Shown here piece after piece: positions 45,001 through 57,000 of a stretch of DNA of 64,000 nt. Source of the DNA: Raillietiella orientalis (Eukaryota); NCBI GenBank assembly GCA_036172245.1, contig JAYWIR010000036.1, forward strand, positions 1,488,001-1,552,000, written 5' to 3'. The position numbers were made by a program, and so were the translations under genes. The notes under the pieces were generated by a model that did no database searches, was not told the origin of the DNA, and saw only the letters and a list, made by a program, of their open reading frames with translations. Each line of letters begins with the position of its first letter. Within the stretch, counting starts at the first letter, position 1.

Positions 45001-48000
45001 GAGCGATGCACCGGCTAAGTGATGGCACTCCGTGACGGCCCCGACTCTCGAAGAGGCGGCACCTGGCATTTTTTTTTTCCTGCACAACGCACTCTTCCCG
45101 TTCCTCCTGTTCTGACAGGGGCACAGACTCGGACAACAGCAGAAACCACTCGGCGCCGAAAGCGAGAGCCACCGACCTATGAATCTGATGCTCCTGAACC
45201 TTTCAGCAAAACTGCGAATCCTATACAGGAAACAGTCGGAAGAAAGGAAACTCCCACTGGGAAAAGAAACCATCTTCAGCATCCTTCGCCGCCGTCGCTG
45301 GAACGTTTTTTCCTGGGGATACTTTAAAGAGGCAACCGGCGGGTAACAAGCGATCTGTATCCTGGAATCACCTGTGTACGCTACGCCCGTGTATATCCGA
45401 TAAACCGCGCGCTGTCAAAAGGAGTGTGACCGTGTTTCTTCGATCCATTCTTCCATCCACAATGGCCTTCGTTCAGCCGACTCACCCAACCCCCGCTGAC
45501 AATTCATCTGGAAAAATTCCAGTGCCATGGGTGCACCGGATCTTTTGATCCTCAAACCAGGATTCATGGATTTTTAATTGCTGCTTGAAGAGCTCGTGAA
45601 AGGAAACCCGCTGCTGATGACACCACTCAGACGTTCCATGAAAACAAGGGGTCACAGCAAACACTGGCACTCAGGAGCACAACGCGAAGACATCGTTACG
45701 AGGACAGCAGCCACGCTTTTACTTTGGAAGGAGTACTTGAAGGAGCGCGAACTGGTCCTCTCGTGTTTATACGAAATGCTCGCGTACGGCGAAACAACCT
45801 CGATGGGTTACGCAACGCGTGCTGCATCTGGTTTCATTTAAGAAAGTGTACACCGTTGCGAAATAAACACAGTACGCTGTTGACTTACTTGATCGACATT
45901 TCTGAGATTTTTCTATCTCCTCATCCATTTGATTACCTAATGCCGAGAGCTCTCCTAGAATGGCGTCCAAGTCAACATCCTGCGAATCTGGAAGCAGAAG
46001 AGAAAAAAAAGAAAGGCTTTCAAAATTTTCCCGCATAATTCGTCGAAAATTCAGGCTTCTGTGGAAGCCCAGATAGTTTCGGGAGAAAGAGAGGGAGAGA
46101 CGGGGGGAGGGGAGCTCAATGTGCAGTTTTTGATCAGAGAAATTCAAAGCGACAGTTTTCCATGGATGGAGGCAGTGTGTCCGAAGGAAAAATTGTAAGC
46201 ACGGACGTGTGTACACGCAATGCAACACTTGGAATGTTTCGCGAGAAGCAGCAGCCGATGCAGTTCCTCTGAAAAATTCCTGGGAGTCTTTGACTCGACC
46301 GGTTTACATTACAGCACTCAAGACCGAATGTCTTTTTTTTTTATTATTATTCCGACCGAAAATTGCCAATGGAATCATCGGAAATAATTACTTCGCTGCA
46401 GTTTGCTTTTATGAAGGTAAATGAGTTAACAGGAGCAGCGAGCACCGGATGAGACACGTGCACGTGTTCTCAATTACGGATCAAAACAAAAAGCCTCCAA
46501 AAACACGTGAAGGTAATCGCTGCAATCGGGGAGCACACATTCCTTTGATCATTCGTAATTTGCTTCGAATTTATTCGTGTAAAGATTCACGGTAGGAAAC
46601 ACGCGGTTCCTCTAGCCGCGAAGTGCCTGTGCAGTATGAATTCGCATGGCAGCGTTGGAGATTGTCGCGACTATCGCAAGATGGCAGTGGAATCCTGAAA
46701 TCAGGTTCAGATCAATAGCACAAGAACCTTCCCGGGGGAAGAGCTGTCCCCCTCCCCCCCGCAGCTGGATCGGGAAACCAAAATTCAATCTTTCCCCAGG
46801 ACGTGAACTTGGAAAATCCCGTACACGCTGGAATCTTTCTTTCTTTTGACAAAAAAAAAAAAAAAGGCATGAAAGAAAACGGAACATCACTCTTGTGCGT
46901 TCCTCCTGCCCCTGGGAGAGCTTTCTACGAAACGGTGAAGAGAACCCTTGGCCGCCACTCAAGTCTTTCCAGCTGACTCCTGATGCAGCCAGTTGCTGAA
47001 AACGAGAATTTGGAATACAACAACATATGCTTCAATGGGATCAACTGCTCCGCTCTTGAACGATGCTGTTTACGTGTTTATAGGTTGTTTCAGATGACAT
47101 CTTTTGACAGCCACTTTTCCGCTTTTTTCGTTTTTTCTTTTTTCCTGAAGAAGAACTTGTTTCAGTGCGTTGACCGAAAACCGACTGGAAGTCCAGTTCC
47201 ACTCGTGCAAAAGACTGAAGTCCGTGATTCGTGTGGTGGCATTCCTGCAGTAGTACTTTTTTCGTGTCGAAAAAGGTACACGGTGTGTGGGAACACGCAA
47301 GTTTGGGCAGTGGTGCCGAAATCCCTCACCGTCCAGCCTTCATGGACCGGAAGAAGGAAGAAAAAAAAGAAAGGATAAAACAATTACGCCAGTAAAGTAA
47401 AGGAAGTAAGGAAACCACACAACCGAAGGAGGATCCTGTGTTTGTTTGGGTTTCTTCCTGACTTTTCACTGGCCGAGTTTACCAAACCACACAAAGTCAG
47501 TAACGAGCAATCGCGCTGAAGTCATCATTAAAGAGTTCCGGAGGAATTCTCCGCGGATGTCGCAACCGGCCGAGGGGCCCAAAGCAATCTGTGCGATGAA
47601 CGAGAGCAAGATGGGCCGAAAACAAACCGGAGATTACATGAAAACGGCGGAATTTCCAAAGAGCAACACGAATACTACCCCCGGGGCATTTTCCGAATCA
47701 CGGAGGAAATCTCCGAATTCGTACGGAACCGTCTTCAGCGCGGCGTGTGCAGCGAGCGCCGAAGAGATGGCAGCCCCCTAAACAAAGGGGCTAAGGGCGT
47801 TGGGTGCAAGCCCGGGGGGGTTCCCTCTGCACGCCACTCGGATCACCAGAGGGGGGAGGGGAAGAGGGAGGGGGGAGAAAAAAAAAAAAAAAAGACTGTC
47901 ACACACACGAGAACCATAAAATGCTTTCTTCATCACGGGGACTTAAGCCCGATCATTACCTTCCAGATTGGCCTGTGAAAATCGATAACTATCAATTCTC

Positions 48001-48920
48001 TGTGCACCGAGTCCTGCGGATGAAGGGCGGTGTGTGACACTACCACCGTTACCCAGACCCTGAAAACACAAGGATGGCAGATGAATGATTACATCAGGAT
48101 AAAAACGTGCGAAACGCAAACGGAAAACCGTCCGACACACACACACACACACACACACACGTCCCTTAACGAGCTGCTAATAAAAACACTATTGATCGCG
48201 ATGTTCCTCACGCACACACATCCGTCCAAGGGGCAGTGCACGCTGCAGCGGGAGGAGAGCAGCGGGATGGGGTGGATGCTCAGAGTGCACCCACTGGACG
48301 CGGAGGATGGAGAAGGAAAAGAGAAAGGACGGTTCCCATTTGCACCTTTAGGTACTTTTAGGGCCCCGAGTGCGCCGGAACCCCCCACCCACCCACCCAC
48401 GGGCAAAAAGTGGCAGACCTACCAGGCGTTTAGCAAATTTCGTCGGGATGCTGGATGTACGCTAGCAAAAACACAAAGCACCAAATCAACTTTTTTTCTT
48501 TTTTGCTGCTTTCAAGGAAGGAAACATGCGTCTAAAGCATTACTGCGGTCGTACTTTCCGAGAACTCATTACAATTATGTAATTTGCAATCTGGTGGAGA
48601 CCTGTCTCGATCGAAACTTCAAAAAATAAGATGCCATTTCTTGCACAAACACAGTTGCAGCAAAATCACAAGAGCCGAACGGAGTTGAATTCTGCGCAGG
48701 ATTAGATTGATCTCCATGGAAACGGAAACGTGCCGCTTCCCCCATACTCCTACCCTTTCGCTCGGAAAATTAAAACCCAACAGCAAGGAGACATTGAACC
48801 ATCGAAAAAACACGATCTTCGCTCCTTTCCTCAGCTTTGGCATTGGAAATTTTCCACCTACACGATTTTTAACTTTTACACACAAAAATCAGCACACACC
48901 CGTCAAGGGACTTTTTCTTT

Positions 48921-48952
<32 letters not shown>

Positions 48953-49732
48953 CACTATAAAATAGGATTTGCTAATGCGAATCGCCACTTGCGAGAACGG
49001 CACGATCGGTTTTGACTGCTGATTTCAACTTTTCCGATGCCACAAAAATGCAAGAAACCGTAAAAGGGAGAAAGAAAGAAAGAGAAGAAGGGAGGAAGGA
49101 AAAAAAAGAAAAATGAAATGGCCGCGGAGCATTGCACAAGCACGTACGTACGTGTTTCCAAGAAAGCTGAACACTTTTCCCACCTCGCCCCAAATCCTAC
49201 GTGCACACCTTCCCCCCCCCCCCGAAAGGAAAAAAAAAAAAAAACGTTGCAAACCCACGAATTTCGTGAAACTAAAAAGGGAATTCAGGAGGCTCGAGAC
49301 ACCATCCTGGCACATCCCTTTGGAACACGCTGCTACTGCAGATTATGGAGAGAGCGGAACACGTTGACACACATGAACGTATGTGTGCCGACAGTGCACA
49401 CCGTGGACACCTCGCAACTACACGCTTGCGATCCACTCGGAGCCTGGAAACGATTCCGGAGGAGATGCTTCGAGATTTCTTTCGGCAGATGTGCCTTAAA
49501 AAATGCAAGCTCGGCACCCTCGATCTCGAAGCGATCCCAGGAAACCAGTGCACAGAAATCCTGCATTTTTTTTCCTTTTTTTTTTTTTTTTTCTGAATGC
49601 ACTCCCGATACCATGACAAAGCAATCTATGTACCTCCGGGTCGTCAAATCCTTCATCTCTGTCAGAATGTCCGTCATCCGATTCAATCTCTTCATTCTGA
49701 ATAACAGGGCAATGGTTGAGGAGCGTTGCCAT
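42005..49732 (-). CDS. pico: MRL-family adaptor (Pico/MIG-10/RIAM/lamellipodin; RA + PH domains, proline-rich tail), about 860 aa. Exons 49634-49732, 47960-48059, 45889-45987, 44353-44534, 44060-44297, 43825-44012, 43395-43751, 42005-43324
   Basis: The joined exons give 2583 nt in frame with GT-AG introns. Motifs: RIDSYRFSQANLEDSQDVDLDAILGELSAL, RTDSPDNDSAFSD, KAEKIRLALEKMR, RA domain (SADGSTKSLLVDE...ERVYEDHELLV), PH domain (ELEGMLYLK...WKRCHFVLRASGLY...WVAGIRIAK) and FPPLPP/LPPPPP EVH1-type ligands. The first exon and start codon are less certain than the rest. Confidence 0.92.
48135..48160. repeat. (AC)n microsatellite in an MRL intron
   Basis: Directly visible acacac... tract. Confidence 0.9.
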
Positions 49733-49970
49733 AGATAACGTACTCTGACAAATCAAATGGTAAAAGCGTTGCACTCCACGAAACAAATGCAGTCCAACCA
49801 GTTAAGCTGTTCATAACAAAAACAACACGGGAAAACTGTCGGAAAATTTTTGTTCAAACTTCTCCAAACAAACTTCCGAGAACAATGGAGCACTTCACAT
49901 TTACGTGCATGAACAAGCCATCAGCCATTCCGCTTTGCATCACGTTGCGCTTAGAGTCTCGTCTAGGGCG

Positions 49971-50602
49971 TGACGTCACTGCATCACGTGACGTCAACTC
50001 CCGGCTCTCTCCCGGCTGCGGGAAAAAAAAAAAAAAAAAAAAACGGGGGGGGGGGGGGGCGGACTTTACAGCTCCATAGGCAAACAAAATTTTGGAACAG
50101 GTGAGGAGGCGCGCGTGCCTCTAACTAATTCTTCTACACAAAAAGAGTGGCACTGTGCTTCAGTGCCTGGAGACTTATCGTGCGTTGTAAGCGTCGACGA
50201 CAGATTGTTTCCCCGTCAATAGCTCAAAGAGAAAAAAAAAAAAAAAAAAAAAAATTCGGAGCGGTGGCTCGAAAATGCTGGAACTGCATCAGGAAGAGGA
50301 TAAATGACAATGGACAAGAAACAGTCCGAGTAAAGAGAGCGGTTGCATGTTGCGGGAAAAGCTTAGCGACATACGTAGTTCAGGATGAGGACGTACATAT
50401 GTTCTCCTTTCAAGAAAGACTCGGCATCCAAAAGCGAAATCCCGTTTCCCAAGCAAAGAAAAGTTTCGATTCCGTGGTATGGGAGAGGTCGGTGGTTACT
50501 AATCATCCGTGTGAACTGTTTTCACGCCTGACAACGAGATGAACGTGTTAACAGTCACAGGCTCAGGTGCCCGCACCTCCTTTGTCCAGGTGTGTGACGT
50601 CA
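49971..50602. promoter_or_regulatory. Candidate MRL promoter/enhancer with three full CRE palindromes and a GC box
   Basis: TGACGTCA at 49971, 49989 and 50595; an A-tract/G-tract ending in GGGGCGGACT at about 50023-50065. The region lies 240-870 nt upstream of the putative ATG at 49732. Confidence 0.45.
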
Positions 50603-53562
50603 CATGAGTTTTCTAATGTGCTCAAAGGCTGATTTGCATTCCCGAACGCACACTTAATTACAAAGCTAACCTGCCCAACGCTGCCGACACCATCAGCGAA
50701 ATATCCGATCAGTTAGTTGTTCCTGACAACTGGAAATGAACGATCATCCTGAGCCGAGTTTCCCGTCACCGCAAAAAAAAGAAAAAGAAAAAGAAAGAAG
50801 AAAAAATCCCTGTGCGACGCTGGATGGTACAGATAACTTGATAATTACCTATTGTTTGATAAATCGACACCGCAAAGAGTGCAACAGCAGCATTGCCGGC
50901 CCCTGCCACGAGTGGGGCACACGAAACTTCGCCACCGTTCTCGCGCTTGCAGCCCTGGCCCCGCCGACGTCACGAGAAGACGAAAGCTTCTGCAGCAAAC
51001 TGGCGGAAGCTGCGGACCGCTCGCAGTGGATGCTGCACCACTGCGAGCGAGGAGCAGCCCATTTCTGCCAGGCACGGCAGCAGCACCGCGCCTTATCAGT
51101 TGCAGTCAGACGGCGGAAGGCAAGTGTGTCGCGCCTTCTGGCGCACTTGCGAGGAAGCCTTCCATGCAAAGGAAGACGTTTTCGAATCGCAAAACACATC
51201 GACTGACTTCGGATGTCGCGGAGATGAAGCATCAAGAACACGCGCGCGCGCTCCAAAGCAGCACACACGGAGAGGAAAACCCGCCCAGAAAATCAACGCC
51301 ACACGTAGGATAGGAGCGCGTGTTTGTCGAGTCTTCCGGAATTCTCCCACGCGCAGGTCCATCCGTGGTGCAGTGAGCGCATTATCCGATCCGCACGTGG
51401 AGAAGGCAGTAATGGATAGGTGGTGTATCGGATGGCGGAGCCACACACTGTGTGACCGCCATCTCGCATCGAATACTTCCGAGTGCGGACGGTGCGCCGA
51501 TGTCATGGAGACGCGAAGCACCAAGCGACTCCATGAACCCATGCGTTCGTGGAATCGCCCTGAGCCACGAAGCCACTGCACCATGCTGCTGCTGCTGCGC
51601 TTTCCAGCGTCCGCGGTATGCAGTGCACAGAATAAATCAGATTTATGCCTCTTGCGCACGCCCGCGAACGCGGTCTTCACCGTGGAAACGACGGTGCGGA
51701 TAATGGCATTTCATCACCGTTGTCACGAATCCCCCCGGAACACATGCGCTCCTCCTGCCTTGCGCGCTTCGCCCGGTTGTCCGGTCGCGAGATGCGTCTC
51801 GAAGGGCAACGGCAACCTGGGAGCATGGTTCCCAATCTTAGCGATGCCGTAGCAGCTCACCCGAAAGCACCACCTAAGAAAACTCCTCGCGGCCCAAACG
51901 CGCCCTCAGCTGCGTTTCCCCATGGATACCACCAACACCTGACCACCCTCGACTTGGAGAGTGCTTTTTTTTTTTTTCTCTCCAGCTGGGAACGGTCATG
52001 CAACTCATTCCGTAATCCACCAAAAGCTGACTGGGGACCCGCCAGAAAGCTCCGGGCGTCCCGACACAGCAACGACAGCCGCCCTCCCTGGCAGCCGACG
52101 AGCACCACGTGCTCGTCAGGCACGATAGACCAAGGGTTGCGCGGCGTGCATTCCAGTCACCCTCACGCTGGCACACACGGAGGGGGGGAGGCTGCAGCGG
52201 GTTGCCCACCAGCGCGGTCGCCGGGTTCAACTCGGAAAGCCGCCGCGCGTGCCGCTGCGAGCAGGGCGGCCAAGCGCGCCCGGAAATGGTCCTCCGCCTC
52301 CCCTGAACCAACAGTCAAACCGGAAAACGCGCGCCCTCTTGCGCGAAACCTATCGATTGGCCTGCATTTGGTTAGATGTGGAACCTCGTTCGCTCCCAGA
52401 AACCATTTCGAAGTTGCCATTCTGAAACCTCCCCCACGGACAGCACTCCCATGACTCATCTTCATTACGGCAGCCCTATTGATCCTCGGCGCGACCGGTT
52501 CCAGGAGCAGGAGCGGTCGCAACGCTGCCGCGCGACAGCGGTTCCACCTTCCGAGTTCGACTGCAGCCTTTCCGTGCACTGTGCTTGGAAAAGGATGCCT
52601 CGAAGACCACCCAACATCCGTCCCCGTGGCAACTCCCTGCCCCCCCCCCTTCCCCGCGTCCACCCCAACCCCATGTTTCCCATCCTTTTTTTTTTTTTTT
52701 TTTTGCCTGCCGCCGAAGTCCGTGCTGCGAGCAACACGAGCCCGGGTGTTCCGTCTTCTGCGCCTTCCGGTCCCCGTCGAATGCAAAGTGCGGGCGCCAT
52801 TCGCTAACCCTTGCGAAGCGGGCACAGCAGTCTCGAAGGGTCAGCGAAAAGCCTCACAGGAGGACGACTTTTTGCGACGAACGCGAGGATTCCGCGCGCG
52901 CCGAGTATCGCGACGGCCCTCCGGGACCAACGGCATCCCGGAGGGCTGTTGCCAAGCAGCACCGCGCGTGGCATCCCCGCCTTCATCTTCACGGCAGGGT
53001 CTTCACCGGTGGAGGAGAAGCCGCTCCGTGCTTTGCCGGGAGCGGTCCTCCCAGGCCTGTCTTCAACAAGCGTGGAGGAGACAATGCAGCAGCGGACAGA
53101 GGGGCTGATGAACCGAACGTTTCCCTGGACGACCCCGCTTAAGACGTTCGCACTCGACGTCTCGGCGACAGCGCCGGCGATACGATACGAAAGAGCGGCG
53201 GCCTCCCGGCTCTCCTGAGAGAAATTCCCGAAGATGTCTGCTGCTAGAACCACGGCCAAACGGTCCCGCTGACAGATGGTTTCACTTCCTCAGAAACCGC
53301 GCGTACCGTACGAAACGGATTTCCGCTGGAAGCTGGTTCTGTACTTTGCACCAGTTACCGTATCATTCCGGATGATAGGGAATTTAGGGTTCCTCTGTGC
53401 CGCAGTTCCTCTGTTCCCTTCGAGTTCTTTTTTTTTCTCGGGTTTTTCCTTTCTCTGGTTCTCAGCGAGTGCTGAAGAACCGTTCGCCTACCTGCGGGGG
53501 GCTAACGAAGCTCTTCAATAATGTTCCACTCCGCCCGGGGTGCGTGTTAAATCTTCAGGTCA

Positions 53563-54050
53563 GGGGGGGGGGGGGTACTCCGGGCCACTCCATGAATCCA
53601 GGAAGGCCTCTGCAAGAAGTCCGTCCCGTTCTTGCTCTTCGGAGGGAACCTTTTCCTCATTTTCACCCTCCCGGTTTGTGGAAGGCAAGGGGGATCGCTT
53701 TTCATTTCTTCTCTGGAGGGAAGCGCTCCTGGTTTCCTCCTCTGAAGGGCGCTCCTCGAAGCGTACTTCTCGCACTCTGGAGAGGCAGCTCCCGAGGAGG
53801 GTACCAACCAATTCCATCGTGCGCGATGAATGGGGAACCCCCAAGAGCTCCTTGATTCCTTGAAGGGGCCCAGAAGGGTCAACTTCCAATTCCGGCCAGT
53901 CCATGAGGGCATCCGAGGTTTCCGTCTTCCACCAGCGCCGCACCCGAATAGGCGCATCAGCGCTATCCTGGAGGGGATGACTCGGTATCCACGGCGCACC
54001 CCCCATTTCTTGGTGTCGATTCTTTCCCGGGCGCGATTTAAACCCGCGAC
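53563..54050 (-). repeat. Dispersed repeat, copy A (homologous to 30750-31305), ending in TA + C13
   Basis: Shared blocks with copy C include cttcagaggagg(a/g)aa(c)caggagcg(c/g)ttccct, gcctct..cagagtg and gg(a/g)agt(t/c)gacc...ccttc(a/c)aggaat(c/a)aagga. Confidence 0.75.
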
Positions 54051-57000
54051 CCGTTCCTAAAGCCTTACTGCGCAGATGAGGTTGCGGAAGCCTGCGAGAG
54101 CATGCACTCGGTGACCCATGAGTGCCGGCACAAGGAAGCGAAGAAGCAAAGGGGGGCAGCTGCACAGCCACCATCTCTTGTGGCCTTGTCTCTCTCCCCC
54201 CCCCCCTCGTTTGATTCGAGCGAAGACGTCTGGAGGCGACGGAAGAGTCGAGTCCGCTTGAGGAGGAGAGAGAGCAACCCACAGAGGGAGGGAAAGAGGC
54301 AGGGAATGAGCCTGCAATGGGGACACCGGGGGACCACCTGAGGGTGAGGTCCACCCACCCTGTGGACAAAAGAGAAGGGTGTATAGTGGAATGCTCAATG
54401 GGTTTTCGCCACTCACTTGAGCGAACTGACCTTCTAAAAAGAAAGAAAACAGCAGCCCTCGGAACGCGCGTTCGCGCAGGCGTCCAGAGTGGTTTGGTGC
54501 TACGGATGCAGTTCGATTCGGTCCCTGTGACTAGCACCCCACGCCTCCTGCAAAGTGGAAGCACGGAAGCAGCAACTGTACTGAATTATTGATTGTACGA
54601 TAATTGGGTACGATTGCAAATGCTAATTGGTTTCATGTAGCAGTCAGCTGTTCGCTCCGACGGGGCAGCAGGGACGAAATGAGCCCAACTGGCCGTCCAA
54701 CGCTGCTGGAGGGAAGGAAGAGCAGCAGTCAGGCGGCGGTCCGGACTCCACCTCCTCTGCCAGAGATCCACGGAGCAGCTCAGGTTGAGGCTTGGCGTTA
54801 CTTTCTGCGACCCAAGCATCGTGGCAGAGGCTCTCGAGCCGCTGTTCCTCGATTCCCGCAGCTCAAGAAGGCAGGTCCACCTCCCTCACACAGGCAAACC
54901 TATGGGAACCGAAGTGAACCCTCGTCTCCAGCTGCCTTCCTGCGTCCCCTGGCGCCAAAAAGAGCCTGCTTTGTGCTCCAGAGAGGTGTAGCATCCGCCT
55001 TGCTCCAGAGCACTCACTCAAGATAAAGGTCACACACGCGCGCGTGCACCACAGCAACGCACACACACATACGTGCCACAGCAACACATACGCGCGCACA
55101 AGTGCCATAGCGGCCCACTGCCTCGAAAGGTGGATGATTACAAAACGGGTGATCACACAATTTGAGCAGAGAGATGAAAGGAAAATGTGTTTATGCAATA
55201 TGGAGATCGAGCAGCTACAGTTAGATGAACAGGCTGATGGTATAATATCTGCAATTTTTCTTTCGTTTCTTTTTTTCAGGTGGAGGGGGGGATATGCATT
55301 TCCCCTTTCTTTGCCGGGAAAAAGTTCGGTTCCAGAGGAACTCAGCATTTTCCCATTAGATCTCCCGCGCTTTCACTTTTCCCGTCTGGAGCATGGCCGA
55401 GCGCAACCAAATGGTTCCAATCAACGCGCTTTTCGCGCTCTTTTCCTCCGCTTCTCACATGGCATCCATCCTCTCTCGGAAAATTTCCTCAGAGTTCTGG
55501 AATCCTGCTGCCCGTGGAGCCGGACGAGGCCGACATCGGCACAAACTCAAAAAAGAACTTTTCCCAGCCTGCGTCCAAGGAAAGCGCGTGGCAGGCAATG
55601 CACGTCCCGCGCCTGGAACAGTGCAGCTCCCTCGTTGCGTGGCCTTCTCGTCTCCTTCTTCAAGTCCACCACCGCACCCACCGGCAATGCACAGCTCCCT
55701 CGCCATGGCTTCCACGTTCATCCACGTTCGCGGAGGCTGCCTGCGTTATCGCGAGTCGCAAAGCAGCAGAATCTCGAGGAGCACCGAGTCTTACCCTTTA
55801 CGAGGTCCCCACTCTGTTTAAGAGCAGGAAACGGACCATCCTCATAGGTCACTTGCGCACGCGTTCTCAAGATAGAGCAGCCCTGTTTCCCAGGTGAAGC
55901 CCAACGCAACCATGCATGGACACGTGAGAACGCGAGATTTTTTCCCTTGGCTACCTTTTCCAAGACGGACAGCTGCTCCAAAGTCCTCTGCAGTTCATTG
56001 AAATGTTGCTTCACCCACTCATTCCCAGGAGCACCTCCAAGGCGTGCGTTGCAGAACTGCGAAGGATGGAAGTCTCGGCAGTACACGCAGGGCCTGCAAT
56101 GGCAACAGAATGAAAGGGAAAAACTCGTGCTGGCAAAAACACACAAAGGAAGCAAGATTTGGGGGGTCAAAGCTCCCCCATCCTGGCGGATGCATTTCTT
56201 TTCCGGACCACCGCTCCTCGAGCAATGAAGGAAAATGTCAACCCTACAGGCGTCGGAGGGAGGAAGAGCACTTCAGACTGCTTTGAGTTTCATTCAAACT
56301 AATTAATATTAAACTTAACATTAATGAAGAGACGGTGCCCAAGAGTCCACCCATAGCGAAAGAACACGAAGCGCAAAGCCCCTGAGTACATCCTTTGTGG
56401 GCCGGAGATCCGTTCTCATAGCTACGAAAGAATTTGCTTTTTTCCCGAAGGAAAGCACGCGCGCAGATCACTCGATAGGTGGTCATTCGGAAATCAAGTC
56501 ACACAGGCAATTTTTTTTTTTTTTTTCCTTGCTCACGGGTAATACTGCTGCTAGGCCATGGGAACCTGAGCGGTGGACCAATTTTATTCAGGCAGAACTC
56601 ATGACTCTGGGGGTTCACAAAGGCGCTACGTCACCTTCAAGCCGAAAGCTGCTCCGCAAACCCGTGCGGCGGGCAGCCTGGTCGATCCCTGGTGTGCCCC
56701 ACACTCCAGGCCACCGCGACGGGTGCGCTGCTGCACTCGAGATGCGGATCCCCCCGATGCTGGTCCAGCGAGGGCCTTTCGCACATCTTTCTCGTCATCG
56801 AGTGTGCGCCATCGGATGTCCAGTCGCCACGCTCTCGGATTCGCGGCGAGCCCAGCCCTGCTGCTGCGGCTCCCGTGCCCCTGCGGGTTGCAGGATGATG
56901 TTTTATCGCATCCCGGGCTCAGCTGCCCAGGCTCCGCGTGTGTGACCTTGGGAGTCGGATCCCAACTTTTTCGACCAAACGGTGCCCCTCCAGCTACGTG

